Shown here one piece after another: positions 1 through 12,260 of a stretch of 64,000 nt of DNA. Origin of the DNA: Hydrolagus affinis (taxonomy: Eukaryota). Made by a program: the position numbers and the translations under genes. Under the pieces are notes generated by a model. The model searched no databases. It worked only from the letters and a program-made list of their open reading frames with translations, and was not told the origin of the DNA. The DNA lies in the NCBI GenBank assembly GCA_012026655.1, contig JAAILG010000333.1, forward strand, positions 1 to 64,000, written 5' to 3'. Position 1 is the first letter of the stretch, and every line of letters starts with the position of its first letter.

Positions 1-115
1 GAGGAGGTGGGGTAGTCGAGGAGGAGGGGTCAAGGAGATACTGTTGTCAAGGAAGAGGAAGGGTGATCAAGGAGGAGTAGAGATGGTCGAGGATGGGTGG
101 AGGTCGAGGAGGTAC
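1..115 (-). mobile_element. Probable L2-type LINE ORF2 fragment, cut by the window edge
   Basis: Purine-rich + strand typical of antisense L2 ORF2; the minus translation is P/S/L-rich (PPRPPPILDHLYSSLITLPLP). Confidence 0.4.
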
Positions 116-212
116 ATTCAGGAATGCGGTAATCTTACAAGTGATTACCCAAGCGCTCTGGGACGCTACTCTGCGCTGTATAAATGTAAGTTGTTCAGGG
201 CATGAAACATCT

Positions 213-279
213 GACTGTCCAGCCCCTTGGGTCTTCCTTCCAACGTGAAGGGCACTATACAACGGTAATTTTCTTGTTG
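213..279 (+). mobile_element. L2-type LINE 3' tail
   Basis: tgactgtccagccccttggg...acgtgaagggcactatacaa...ttgttg matches the L2 end at 5361-5432. Confidence 0.7.
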
Positions 280-410
280 GAACAGAGGCTTAATATGTCG
301 AAATGCCTTAAAGCATTTCACCCAAAAAAATTTAAAAAACAAAAGTGTAGTGATATTTGGAGACGGATTAATGGATTGCAATGTTTTTGTAATAACGAAG
401 AACAATTCTA

Positions 411-685
411 TAAATAATAAACTTGCATTTGATGTAGAGATTTTCACGTCTTGCAAACATATCAAAGTGCTTCTTCATAAAATATACCATAAAGTGAATT
501 GACAAAAATTTCAGCAAAACACAGCAGCCAATTATGCACAGCTCCCATAAAGAGTCGTGGATTGATGTGACCAATTTATTAATTTTTTTTCTTGAGGGAT
601 TATTATCAGGCTTGTGCAGTAAGGAAACTTGCTCTGTGTTTCGCCCTGCTAAGCTAGTATTCTTACCACTGAGCTACAGGACTCC
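411..685 (-). mobile_element. tRNA-derived SINE with a deletion in the head
   Basis: Reverse complement of the family consensus, from tail (ttgcatttgat) to head (gagctacaggactcc). Confidence 0.88.
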
Positions 686-1536
686 TTTGAATGAACAAAG
701 GAAATTAGGTTTCAACATGAATCTTCCTCAAAACTTTATTTTTCTATGGGTTATTCAATATGCTACTTGAAACCATCAATTTTTCTATATCCAGGGCTGT
801 GCAGACAATGGGATAATGCGTAAGGAATATGATAACTTACAGGACTCTTTTCTCTGAAGCTTTAAATCACTTTAAGCAAGCCAGCCACTTTTATTTAATT
901 ATTAAGTTCATGTAGCCAGCAATTAAGTCTTCAAAAAGGAATGAAAAAGATCCAATGCCATTGTGCCGCAAGCATATTTCCTTATTTCACTTTGGCATGT
1001 CTGTTAAAAGGTATCTACAGGAATCCCTGAGTAACACTGTAAATGCGTTGTTTATTTTAATGAAAAAGTCCTATATGTCATTTAAAACGGAATTAAGATT
1101 AACTTATAATACTTATCACAGTTCTTGTAATAGATTTATTTCTTCCCTATGTTATTGTCAAGGTCACACCATGAAGGAAGATCAGGAGTAAATAAATCCT
1201 TTTCAGAAATCTCAGTGTTGGCTGTAACAGGAAAATCAATAGACAAACAAAGAACAGTTTGCAAAACAGCTTGACTATTGTAGATCAGATTTCCTTTCAA
1301 ACTGCAGTACAAAATTGCTACTTTTCTTCAAAACATATAAACTTGAAATTTTCTCCCCTTCCACCTGTCTTGAAGGAGGCAAATGTTACTGATCTGCAGG
1401 CACTGATAATCTCTGGGATGTTTTATAGATACGGTATTCTGTGTGAGCAAGTGTATGACAATGAACATCAGCGGGCTGTCAGATTGGTGGGGAGGGGGCA
1501 ATAAAAGCTGAGTCCAAACAGGTCCATTCCTAACAC

Positions 1537-1832
1537 TGGAGTTCTGTACCTCAATGGTTACAGCACTAGCTTTGCAAGTGAGAATCCTGGGTTCAACTCC
1601 AGGCAGGGCGAAATCTTGACCTTGGCCAAGTTTCCTTACTCCATACACCTGATAATAATCCTTAAAAAAAATTGGTCGTTTAAATCCACGACTGCTTGTG
1701 CGATACTGCTGTGCGCAATTGGCTGCCTCATTTCGCCCACATATATGCAGTCAACCCACTTTACAGTATATTCTATGAAGTGCTTTGAGACGTCTAGAAG
1801 ACGTGAAAATTGCTATATCAAGTATTATTATT
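1537..1832 (+). mobile_element. Full-length tRNA-derived SINE (TGC anticodon-loop variant)
   Basis: tggagttctgtacctcaatggtta...tttgcaa...gggttcaactcc (B box)...tgctgtgcgcaattggctgcc...tattattatt. Confidence 0.92.
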
Positions 1833-3380
1833 CTTAGGAGGAATTCTCTCGCATCAATCAGTGTCCAATTCCAATTCCTTGCCCAGAATGATGAGATCAA
1901 TTGTACTTGGCCCTGCTTTCCATCCAGCTAAGACAACAACAACTTGTGTTTATATAGTGCTATTGGCGAGGGGGAGTGCTTGAAGTGTTGGAGTGCTGAA
2001 TTGATTAGCTGCCTACCTCTGCACAGATGAGAGATTGAATCGTGGATTTCCTTTGTCTCTGTGGTTCAGTGGCAAACCATATGACTTGTTTACACTCTGC
2101 CCACAGAATGTGTCCCTAAATTGTAATTTTGTTGTACGCGCACATGTTGGAAAAACTATGTGTACTTGATTGTGATGGGAGCCCAAAAGAGAATGTATAT
2201 TACCGTACTGTATAATCATCATATGTTTAACAGACTACTTTTAAGAATTTCAAAAAGATGTTAAAAATGTTAAATTTTGATTGATGCAAATTCAGCATCA
2301 GGGGTATTGTGAATTTATTTTAGATTCTTTTTAGCAGTAAAAACACAACAAAAATAAAGATATTAAATAATCATTGATAAATGTAATCAGTTCTTTCTTA
2401 CAATTTCTCATACACACTCAAAAGCAATTGTATGATCATTGGTGATTTTAAATTCACCGATAAGCGTTGTGCTCAAAGTCAATGCATTTCACAATGATTA
2501 GTTGTGTTACAATCATCCAAATCTAATCAGTTCCATTTTTTTAAAATTGCTTTACTTTCTCCAAATGTATGGAGTTTGCAAAACGAGCTTGATATGAACA
2601 AATATGTGCAGTTGTCTTTGTGTACGTGTTTTAAAATCTGCTATCTGAGAGTGGGTGATTGTCCTCAGAGTGAGTTACTCATTAAAAAATATTAACCCTG
2701 CCATTTTAACATCTTGCAGGGTCTTAGATTCTGGGGGCAATGGTTCTGCATTCCATTCTTTGGATAATTCATTCAAAAAGTCTTTACAAAAGTTATACAA
2801 ATGGTCAAATAAATTTATGAATGACATTTGGAATATCAAGGAAGGGAAAGCCAATTTGCCTAAGAGAGTATGCAAATGTGTTTCTGTGTGAACACCATCA
2901 TCATCACCACCACCACCACATCTTTTGCAACGTGAAATATTTTCAGTTCATGCCAAAATGAATTTAAACAGAATTGTGATTGTGAATATTCTTTGCAACA
3001 TTGTAAAATGCGAGACGGTTTTACCCAATCCAATCGAAATAAAATTAATGAAATAGCTAATGATTACAAGTACACAGATACACAGTAGAATATTTTCAGA
3101 TGTATTGTACATTGTGATCTTGCTTAGATCTGTCAAAAAAGATTCGGTGTCCGACATTATGTTGAAATGTGTCTCCAATGTCGTCATTCTATACTACTAA
3201 GTGCAAGTAGATGCAAATATATAACTGCAAAGTATTGTTTTATGCGGAGTACTAATCAGAAGTATTTCATTCTTTGCATTTCATTCCATTTCTGCATTAA
3301 CATTAGCAAAATGTCGCCACCTGCTGCAAGATTGACACCATTACAGTTTACAGTATGAATCAATTCATCATTCATATTGT

Positions 3381-3550
3381 GATAATAATGATCCTTGCAT
3401 TTGATATAGCGGTTTTCAAGTGTTCTAGACGTCTCAAAGCACTTCACACAATATACTCTAAAGTGAATTGACTGTATATTTGTGGATGAAACGTGGCAGC
3501 CAATTGCACACAGCAGTGTCCTACAAACAGTCGTAAATTGAAGTGACCAT
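3381..3550 (-). mobile_element. 5'-truncated SINE
   Basis: Tail plus the ggcagccaattgcacacagcagtgtcc body. Confidence 0.85.
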
Positions 3551-3741
3551 AATCAGTATTTTAGTCAGTATTTCAACAATTTAAGTTTTGCAAATGTTTT
3601 GCATTTACTTCCAAACACCCATTGCATAGAAACAAATCTCTATCTTTTTCAGTTTGGTCAAATGGGTATCTGACACATGAGAAACCAAATATACAGTTAA
3701 TTCATTTTACAGTATATGTGAAGCACTTTGAGACGTCTATA

Positions 3742-4046
3742 AACCTTGCATTTTATATAGCGCTTTTCACATCTTATCGACATCTCAAAGCACTTCACAG
3801 AATATACTGTAAAGTGAATTGACTGTATATTTGTGGGTGAAACGAGGCAGCCAATTGTGCACAGCAGTGTCACACAAAGACGTGGATTGAAATAACCAAT
3901 ATTATTGTGTGTTTTTTTGGACGGATTATTAGGCGTGTGAAGTAAGGAAACTTGCCCAAGGTTTCGCCCTGATCTGCCTGGATTCGAAACACAGGTATTA
4001 CGCTTGTAAGGCGAGTGCTCTAACCACTAAGCTACAGGAGTTCCAC
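3742..4046 (-). mobile_element. Full-length SINE, subfamily with a 5-nt insertion after the T-arm; abuts a + strand fragment at 3686-3741
   Basis: Diagnostic gccctgatctgcctggattcgaaacacagg shared with the 53601-53922 copy. Confidence 0.92.
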
Positions 4047-5164
4047 AAAAGACATGAAAAGCACTGTATCAAATTACTATTTGATAGCTTACTATTACCA
4101 GTATTACTATTATTAAACACATTACCTTGCTTAAGAGAGTCGACATATCAGTTTGTTTATGATTTCACCTCTTTTTGCAGCTGCCTCCATCCATTTTATC
4201 TCAAATCCACCTCTGAACTTCACACAAGGGCTAATAATACACACTAAAAAAAATATTATTTCATCATGATTCTTTGGGCTTTTCTCCAGCCCCAAACCTC
4301 TACACAAACACTTTATTTCATGAAGACAATACTCCTTCAATTGATTTGCTTGGCTAACTCACAGCAGTGTATTGTCATACTGAATTCAAGGATTTAATTC
4401 ATCTTAGATTACGAACATTACTGAATCCTGTTTGTCTATTGTGATGGATATCCACAACTGGTTTAACAAACCAAGGCAATATTACTTTGCATTTATGTTT
4501 TATCTTGTTGCAGTATTCAGCTAACAGGAAATTCAGCCGGACATGTAAAGCACAATGCAAGGAATTAACAAAGTTGTCAATGATTCAAGACAATTCTGAA
4601 GGCACCATCCAGTAACATGTGGGATAGATTAGTTCATGTTGCAGTTTGTAAGATAAATGTGCACCACACACATGGACCTCTGAATGAGATGCTTTAATCA
4701 GATATAAGTGAATATACCACCATTAGAGGCCAGTATTTAAATCAACCAAACTACATAAGCCTGCAAACGATTATTAACTAATGTTTTATGATAAAGAGCA
4801 GTGAAGAGGTGCTTATTATCCTAACTAAACTAAATCACCATGGCAGCATTTAAAATACACGGGGAGTTTTAAATAAAAGCCAGACTTTCTCCTAAAGGCT
4901 ACAAGTATGATGGAGGAATTCTATAGTACTTTGTTTAATGCATGGTGTGTTCCAAAATGAAGAGTGGCTGGACGATAACAAATTGGTACTTTCGACTTTG
5001 TTTATAATGGGATCGCACATGGTTTTCTCATAAAGAATAATTGTCAGTTGCAAAAAAAAACTTTTCCAGAAAAGAATAATGGGCTACACAGACAAGAAAG
5101 TCCAAGGGCAAATCTTGAATGTGCTGAGAGCTGTTCTTTGCTGGGACGCCACTTGGGATGTCAT

Positions 5165-5432
5165 AATTGGCTCAGTGGCCTTTAGCCACTCTGCCCCCAA
5201 CCTGTGGAACTCCATCCCGCGGTCTCTCCACTTTGCCCGCTCCCTCGTCTCCTTCAAGTCCCGCCTCAAGACCCTCTTCTTTGATGGTCCCATCGGCCAC
5301 CCCAAATGCCCCCCTTTCCCTCCTCCCTCCCAGTCCCCGACCCCAGCTCGGGTCTGAAACAATGACTGTCCAGCGCCTTGGGACATCCTCCTGACGTGAA
5401 AGGCGCTATACAAGTATAATTATGTTGTTGTT
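5165..5432 (+). mobile_element. L2-clade LINE 3' end (ORF2 C-terminus, 3' UTR and (TTG)n tail)
   Basis: Translation AFSHSAPNLWNSIPRSLHFARSLVSFKSRLKTLFF is the canonical L2 ORF2 C-terminal motif; followed by a pyrimidine-rich UTR, the stem-loop agcgccttgggacatcctcctgacgtgaaaggcgct and ttgttgtt. Confidence 0.9.
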
Positions 5433-6929
5433 AGTGGTCCATCAGTCAAACAGCCTACCAACACTCATTGGCAATGCTCACACATGAATATTGACTACTT
5501 GAACAAAGGGTCCTTGTGGAACTGTACTATAGTATGAAAGGAGTTAAACGCCTTAGTATAAAAAGAGAGGGGAGAAAATTTGATAGAAAAATATTGAGAC
5601 GTAAAACCTGAACGATGCTATGTTAATAATACTACTAACCTTGCATTTAATATGTACTGCCTTTCATATCGGGAGGATGTCTCCAAGTGCCTCACAAGAT
5701 ATACTGCAAAGTGTATATTTTAAAAACTAACAGAGCAGCCAAGTTAAATCCGCTTATAACTCACCTCTTTTTGTTTAGGAAGATGCATTCGGGGGCAGAT
5801 GAATCCTAGGATTCTTAAGAGCAAGTTAAAGTGCCCTGTTGAAATTACAGCCCTATCAGTCAATTTGGTTTCTGCCTTCTTCCCACTCTTTCCCCCAACC
5901 ACGACCATTTCACCCTCCCTGGGAGGTCCATGACCCATTTGGCAAACACTCACAAGGGAATGATTGAAATCAGGAACTCACCACACAGAGCATCGCAAGT
6001 TCTGAACCGCTCACTTTAGATTGTGGAATATTCCCGAGAGCAGCTCTCAAACAAGTCACTGCTCCAGATCAGGTCCATCGCAAAGTATTAATAACATTGT
6101 CAATAATATTGTCTCCAAGCACGACATGTATACACCCACTAGATTGCAGGGTTGTTCATTTAAAAGTTCAATCCGTCTTCAATAATTTGCCCAACGATAG
6201 AAGTCATATTTTAGCCATTTAAAGCAAACTCCATGTGTAGCTCTGCATTGACTGTTACTGTGTTCCCCTAAAATATGAACCCCACCAAAAAAAAACAGGT
6301 GCTGATCACATCAGTATTGTAGTACTGTAGTATTGACTGATGATCTCATCACACTTGACTCACCAATGGTAGACTGTTCACAGAACAAACCGTTTCACCC
6401 ACTGAATTGCTTGTGCTTTGTGATGAGGACTGGAAAATAATCATAAAATGGTGCACTGATAAATTATTTATGAAAACGAGAATTGTGCTTCACACGCACA
6501 CAAGTATTTAATTCAACGTAAACGCGGATATTCGTTCGGGGTTCTTCACCGAGACAGGTGAGCATTTTTTCTGTATTTGTTATCGGTGTTAAGAAGAAAT
6601 GTTTCTTGAAAACAACTGTTTCACGTTGTTACACATTTGCTATTAAATATTTATATGTGTGGTTCATAATAATAGTAAGATGGAAGGTTTGTCTCTAAAC
6701 GTGTAACATTTTGCTGACAGCATTAAACTATGTTGCCAAGCGACTGACATAAAAAGAACAGCATTCAAATGGATCCAGGCAAAGGAGGCAAGGAATAGCT
6801 GATGGATTTTAATGTGGATGCATTTAAGGTAAGACATATTAAGAGAGGAGGATGACACATGTTTTCATGGGGCTAAAATTTAGTGATTTCTAGCAGGACT
6901 CAGAAATAGTAGCACTGTACCTATTTTGA

Positions 6930-7067
6930 TAGTAGCTTCCAAAAGGGAATTGGATATGTAGTTGAAAAGGAAACAATTGCAGGGCTATAGGAGTGGGGCA
7001 GTAGGACAACTCTTTCAAAACGAGCTAAATGCCCTCTTCTATGCTGTAAGATGCTATGATTGTATGA
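6930..7067 (+). mobile_element. CR1-type LINE 3' end
   Basis: aaaagggaattggatatgtagttgaaaagg...gcagggctat...ctatgattgtatga; same family as 31560-31764. Confidence 0.75.
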
Positions 7068-8549
7068 CCCCTTACAGAACAATTCTGTTACAAAATTCCT
7101 TCTATTACTCCCCCACACCCCCGCTTCATTAATCTTGCTTCAAGATTGTGTTGAAGCGAAGTTTCCACTGATGGTCATTCTGCGCTTCTTGTCACCAAAA
7201 GAAATCCCCATTTGCAACTCAGAGAAATTATATGGTAATCCCGTTAGAAATTATTACATTTTAGACCCCAGCCTACAGGCTATTTAAACTCAGTGATCAA
7301 ATTTCTAAGTTAAGAAGCTGTATCCTTTCTGAAGCCGTCTCAAACATTAACTTAAAGTGATGCAAAATTATCTTGATTCCTGTGGACATATAAGTTCTTC
7401 TAATTTGCGTGCAATGTAATTACTTCTGCTTTTGCAAAGTTCAAGCCCTGATAGAGCGTGAGCCACTGAATAAGACTTTGCATTAGCTCACCACATGGCT
7501 TGCGTCCTGTGGGTTTGAAATGTGTAAGTTCACCCCTGAGTGTGTCATGTCAGCAGCCGTGTCAGTGTAAGCTGTACAAGTATGCATATACAGTCCACCT
7601 ACTGTTTACAAATTGCTTCCCCCACTCCACCGAATGCAGATTAAACACAAGGAATTTCAATTCATTTGAACAATGCAAGCAGCAATAAGCGTCATTTACA
7701 TTTCTGTACAAGTGGAATAAAAATTGTGTTTAGCGTATTGCAACCTGTTCTCGCGATATGCCTATACGTGTTCAATTTATCACTGATTATCTCGGTGTGC
7801 AAGAGCACCTATGAAACACTTTGAAATCAGTTACGATCTATCAGAGAGGAACGCGCTATACAGTATGTTATGGTTGGAAGTAAACTCTTGATCATGTTTT
7901 CCACTTTTGTTACCTTTTGTCAACATCGAATGCCGTGAGCTACAGATTGCGTTGAAAACAGACGCAGAATGAAATCCTCTTGAATAAAAATGTGCCTCAT
8001 GCTGCCATTATACTTCTGTCAGCATCATTATGATGTTGATGCCATGTGACATCACTGCCTGTTGTTCACTGACAGTAACAGAGATATGCAAACCTAATGC
8101 ACCAAAGTCACAGAAAACATAAGATCATAAGAAAAGATTGGGTTGACGAGTGCCTTATGGTCTGGACCAACAGAAGAGGGTGGAAACATTTGCCCCAAAT
8201 TGTAGGAAACATGAGAAATTTTGCAGTGAACCTGTGAGGATGGGTGCTATTGAGGTACATTTTAATGCCAACCTACGTTATTTGTTCACTTTATTGATGA
8301 AAACTAAACATGAAGAGTTGACAAATACTGGTTGGCCCATTTGGGGAAAGGGGGAATCTGAGAGCAATGTTCTGAATTGACTTTTCCTACCCCATCTTTA
8401 GGATGAAATTGTCCACGAGGGACACATAAACATAAAACAGAATAGGAATGTTTTAAACGTGACTTACATTCTTTCACAATTCACTCTATGGTTCATTATG
8501 AATGATAGAGTTAGCTATGCGTACAGAATAAAGTCATATTCAAAACCTC

Positions 8550-8780
8550 TAATAATAACAATCTTTACATTTATATAGCGCTTTCCACGTCTTATTGACG
8601 TCTCAAAGCGCTTCACAGAGTACAACAACGTCCCAAGGTTGGGACCAGAGGAGGAGGGGAGGGAGAAGACAAGAGGGAAGAAAGGGGAAAAAGATATACA
8701 GACCAGAGCAGAGGGGGAGGGGTCGTGGTTGGGGGAAGAAAAGTAGGAAAATTGACTGTATATTTGTGGGTGAAATGCAC
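8550..8780 (-). mobile_element. SINE 3' part interrupted by a purine-rich insert (about 8620-8748)
   Basis: The tail to aagcgcttcacaga is broken, then resumes at aattgactgtatatttgtgggtgaaa. Confidence 0.7.
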
Positions 8781-11700
8781 GTATCTATTATGTATTCAAC
8801 ATGCATTAAACATGTACTATAAATAAATCTAATTTTTTCCACTATATTGAAATGTTGTAGAATAAAACAGCAGTTCCATGAAGCAAGAACCAGTACAGTA
8901 TTGGGCTGCAAGGCTATAACAAGAAGAAACACACAGCAATACAACTTAACTGTCTAATTACCGGTTCAGTTACACAAGGATTTCAGATCAGTGGCATCCA
9001 CCAGCTAACCTTCTATTCTCTTATAATATATGCACCACTAACAGTTAGTGAATTTGGTAACACTGTAGAAATAATACTCGTCAGTCTACATACACACACA
9101 CTCATGGCTGACTGCAATTCTAACGTTCAGTTGTATTTGAATATCATGCGAGGACATGTTTTGATTGCAATTTACGACCCACTGACAAAAACAGTGGAAA
9201 GAAACTGAAATATCTTGAGAAGCCTAAAGGAAAAAATATCAGAATGATGCCTTATGGTGATCTTAACAGGTCAGCTATAAAATAAAAAGCTATAAAATAA
9301 AACAGCAAACTTTCTTTTGCAAACTTAACTTGATTGGTACAAGATGTTTAGCTGTATTTGCAAGATTAGGTCCCCAAAAATGTTGTTTCTTTCAGTCAGC
9401 CTGTTGTCCCATCACATCACCTCGCTCTCTGCCCTTCCCCACCATGTTCCCCACCATCACATCAGTTTTTTTTAAGCCAACAAATCCCCCCTAATAAAAT
9501 TGAACATTCACTCCATGGCTGTTCGTGGGGCATTACCTTACACAAATTACTGTGGCTGCCCGTGTTTTGTCCACAACATAATACTGTAATCCATTTTAGA
9601 GTATATCCTGTGAAGTGTTTTGAGAATTTTGAACAATGATGTGATGTTCAAAATGATGTGATAAGGCGCTGTATCAAATGCAAGGACAATAATAATTCAT
9701 TAAATAATCGCTTTTCTGCGCACTTAACTTCAAAAATGCAATTTGCACAAGGGCACATCTTCCTTCATGACTTCATGCACACAGCAACTGCCAAAGAAGA
9801 AAATGTCGCTCACTTTCCAATCCGTCATTCAGAAGTAGAAATCTTCAGGGTTTTCAGAAATAAACCTGAACTGGAAATTCAGTGCTCGTACAGAATAAAA
9901 TGAATTATTTTGTTCAGTAGAGGGCAGTGTTTTACGCCAGTTCAATGATCACCAGCTTGACAATAAGTAAAGTTTTTTGAATAAATACCTTTGAAAACCT
10001 TTGAAAAGAAAATCACAGATTTTGATTGATGGTGTGATACACATGTGTGTTCATGTGTATTGGAGTTCCCAAGTCCACTTATTTAACTGTCGAAGGATTA
10101 ACAGTTGTGAAAATGGCCAAACCATTAAACAAGGTATCTCAAGCCCCCAGTTTAAGACTTGTACTCTGAGTACATTACCCTACTAGTTGAAAGTTATTAT
10201 ATCTCCCTGAGTAACATTTCCAATTGGGGTCGGATGGAAATACTGTGAAGATTCATCCACTGGAAAACATATTTTGCAGGCCGTTTTCTGCATTGAACGA
10301 GCGAGTTGTGTACTTTTCCGTGAGTACAACTGTAGACTGCAGACTCTGAACGTCACTGAATCCTCAATATTCCAGGAATCATCCCCCGTAGCCTTGTTTA
10401 ACTTCACTAAAATTTGTGCGAGATTGTCGATTTCCATGGTTATACTGCCATTTCTTCCTTCATTCTCTCACGGGTACCGACTTACGCATATACTCCGGTT
10501 AAGTAGAAATATTTGATAAGTATTTCTACTTATCAGTAGGTATTAGTATGATGCTACCTAAATAAGTTTGGTTCTTCAAATGTTTCTTAAAGACTGTTTC
10601 TTGGTGGCGAAAGTTATTATATATAAATAATAATCCTTGTATTTGATGTAGCGCCTTATCACGTCATTTGGATGTCCCAAAGTGATTCATGGGATACACC
10701 GTGAAGTGGATTTACTGTGTATTTTGTTGGTGAAGTAACCACATTGAAACTATTGCTCATGACCACAGTGCCAAAATCCCAGACTCCAGGCCAAGAACAA
10801 CATAATCAAGTAGATGAGGCCCTCGTTTAATCACTGAGCATACCTTTGCCATTTGGAAGATAATATTTTGCTGCCCTGTATCCGTTGTTTAGATTTAGCT
10901 GAGTACCTTGGAGTAAAAAAAAAAGCCCTCACGAGAAAGTCTGAAATATCTTTGCAGCATGTTGTGAACAAGCCATCACTGAAAGCGCGGAGTTTGCTGT
11001 TACAGAACATTTGAGTGAGTCCCTAGGTCACAAACTTGACCGGGAGCTATCAATCTCCAAGACTGAAAAGAAACTGATAACATTTTTGCAGCTCCATTAT
11101 AAACATCAGTTTGGACAAGTTGGATCGAATGGCTCTAATAGTCTTTGTAATTCCTAGTTCCAGCTTGGCTCCTATCACAGTGGAAGATAGTTGGAAAGTA
11201 GGAAAGAGTTGGAAAGTAGGACCATTGGAAAAAAGGGCGAATTATAAGAATAAGTAACAGCGACATAGACACAATGGTATTGAATGGTTCCCGTTGATGC
11301 TGAATTTGGCAATGCTTCTAACACACATTGTAGGCTGCGTGAAATACAATACAACACAAATTTACATTTACAAAGTGCCTTTCACATCCCGTTGAATCCC
11401 CAAACATCTCACTGTATTGCTTCTCAATACACTGTCCAACAGTAAGGTGACTGGGACAAGATGCAAAAGCTTTGAAAAGCCCATAGTCCCAAATTCTTCC
11501 ATCTCCCCCACCCTCCCCCCACCCCCACCCTTCACTCCTCCCACAATTTCAGCTGGCCCATTCCGCTCTCTCCATACAATGTTAATATTATGTTATGTTT
11601 CCGGAAGGGAAACACAGAATTATCACTTATGCAGCTGGCCGATGTTTCTCAAGCAGGGCATCCGGCTCTCAGCAGTCAAAAAGGTTGGACCACTCAAGTT

Positions 11701-12076
11701 GAAAATAAGCAAATAACTTTGGTCGTAATCATAGCAATCTGGATAAGTTTCTTTCTGGATAAGTTTCTCTCACAATTAGCCTCTCACAAGAAGCCACAGG
11801 CTAATTATTGATAATAGGTTTTGATGCAAATCCTAGAAGCTTTCACTGTTTAGGAAACACCGCTCTGTTTTTTACCTGAGAGATATTAATAAGACACTGT
11901 TTTACGTTTGCACTTTGAGTCAATGTCACGCTTGTGAAGATCTGGCCTCCCCTCTGGATGAGATCAAATAAAAATACCAAACTGAAAGTTGTAGTTGATT
12001 TTGATATGAGAACCGAATATGAGAATTAATATTAATGCAAAGGATGGATTTGACTTTGCAGATCTGAAAAGAGTGC

Positions 12077-12260
12077 AATAATAATAGCAATAATAATAAT
12101 CATGCATTTGATATGGCACTTTTCATGTCTTCTAGACGTCTCAAAGCGCTTCACAGAATATACTGCAAAGTGAATCGATTGCATATTTGTGGACGAAAAG
12201 CGGCAGCCAATTGCGCACAGCAGAGCCCCACAAACAGTCATGGCTTGAAATGACCAACTT
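12077..12260 (-). mobile_element. 5'-truncated SINE
   Basis: Tail and Deu-like body match the family consensus. Confidence 0.88.

Noticed and set aside
6470-6557. Good donor site acag|gtgagc after a CpG-containing stretch
   Set aside because: The upstream ATG frame hits TAA, and there is no independent evidence for an exon.
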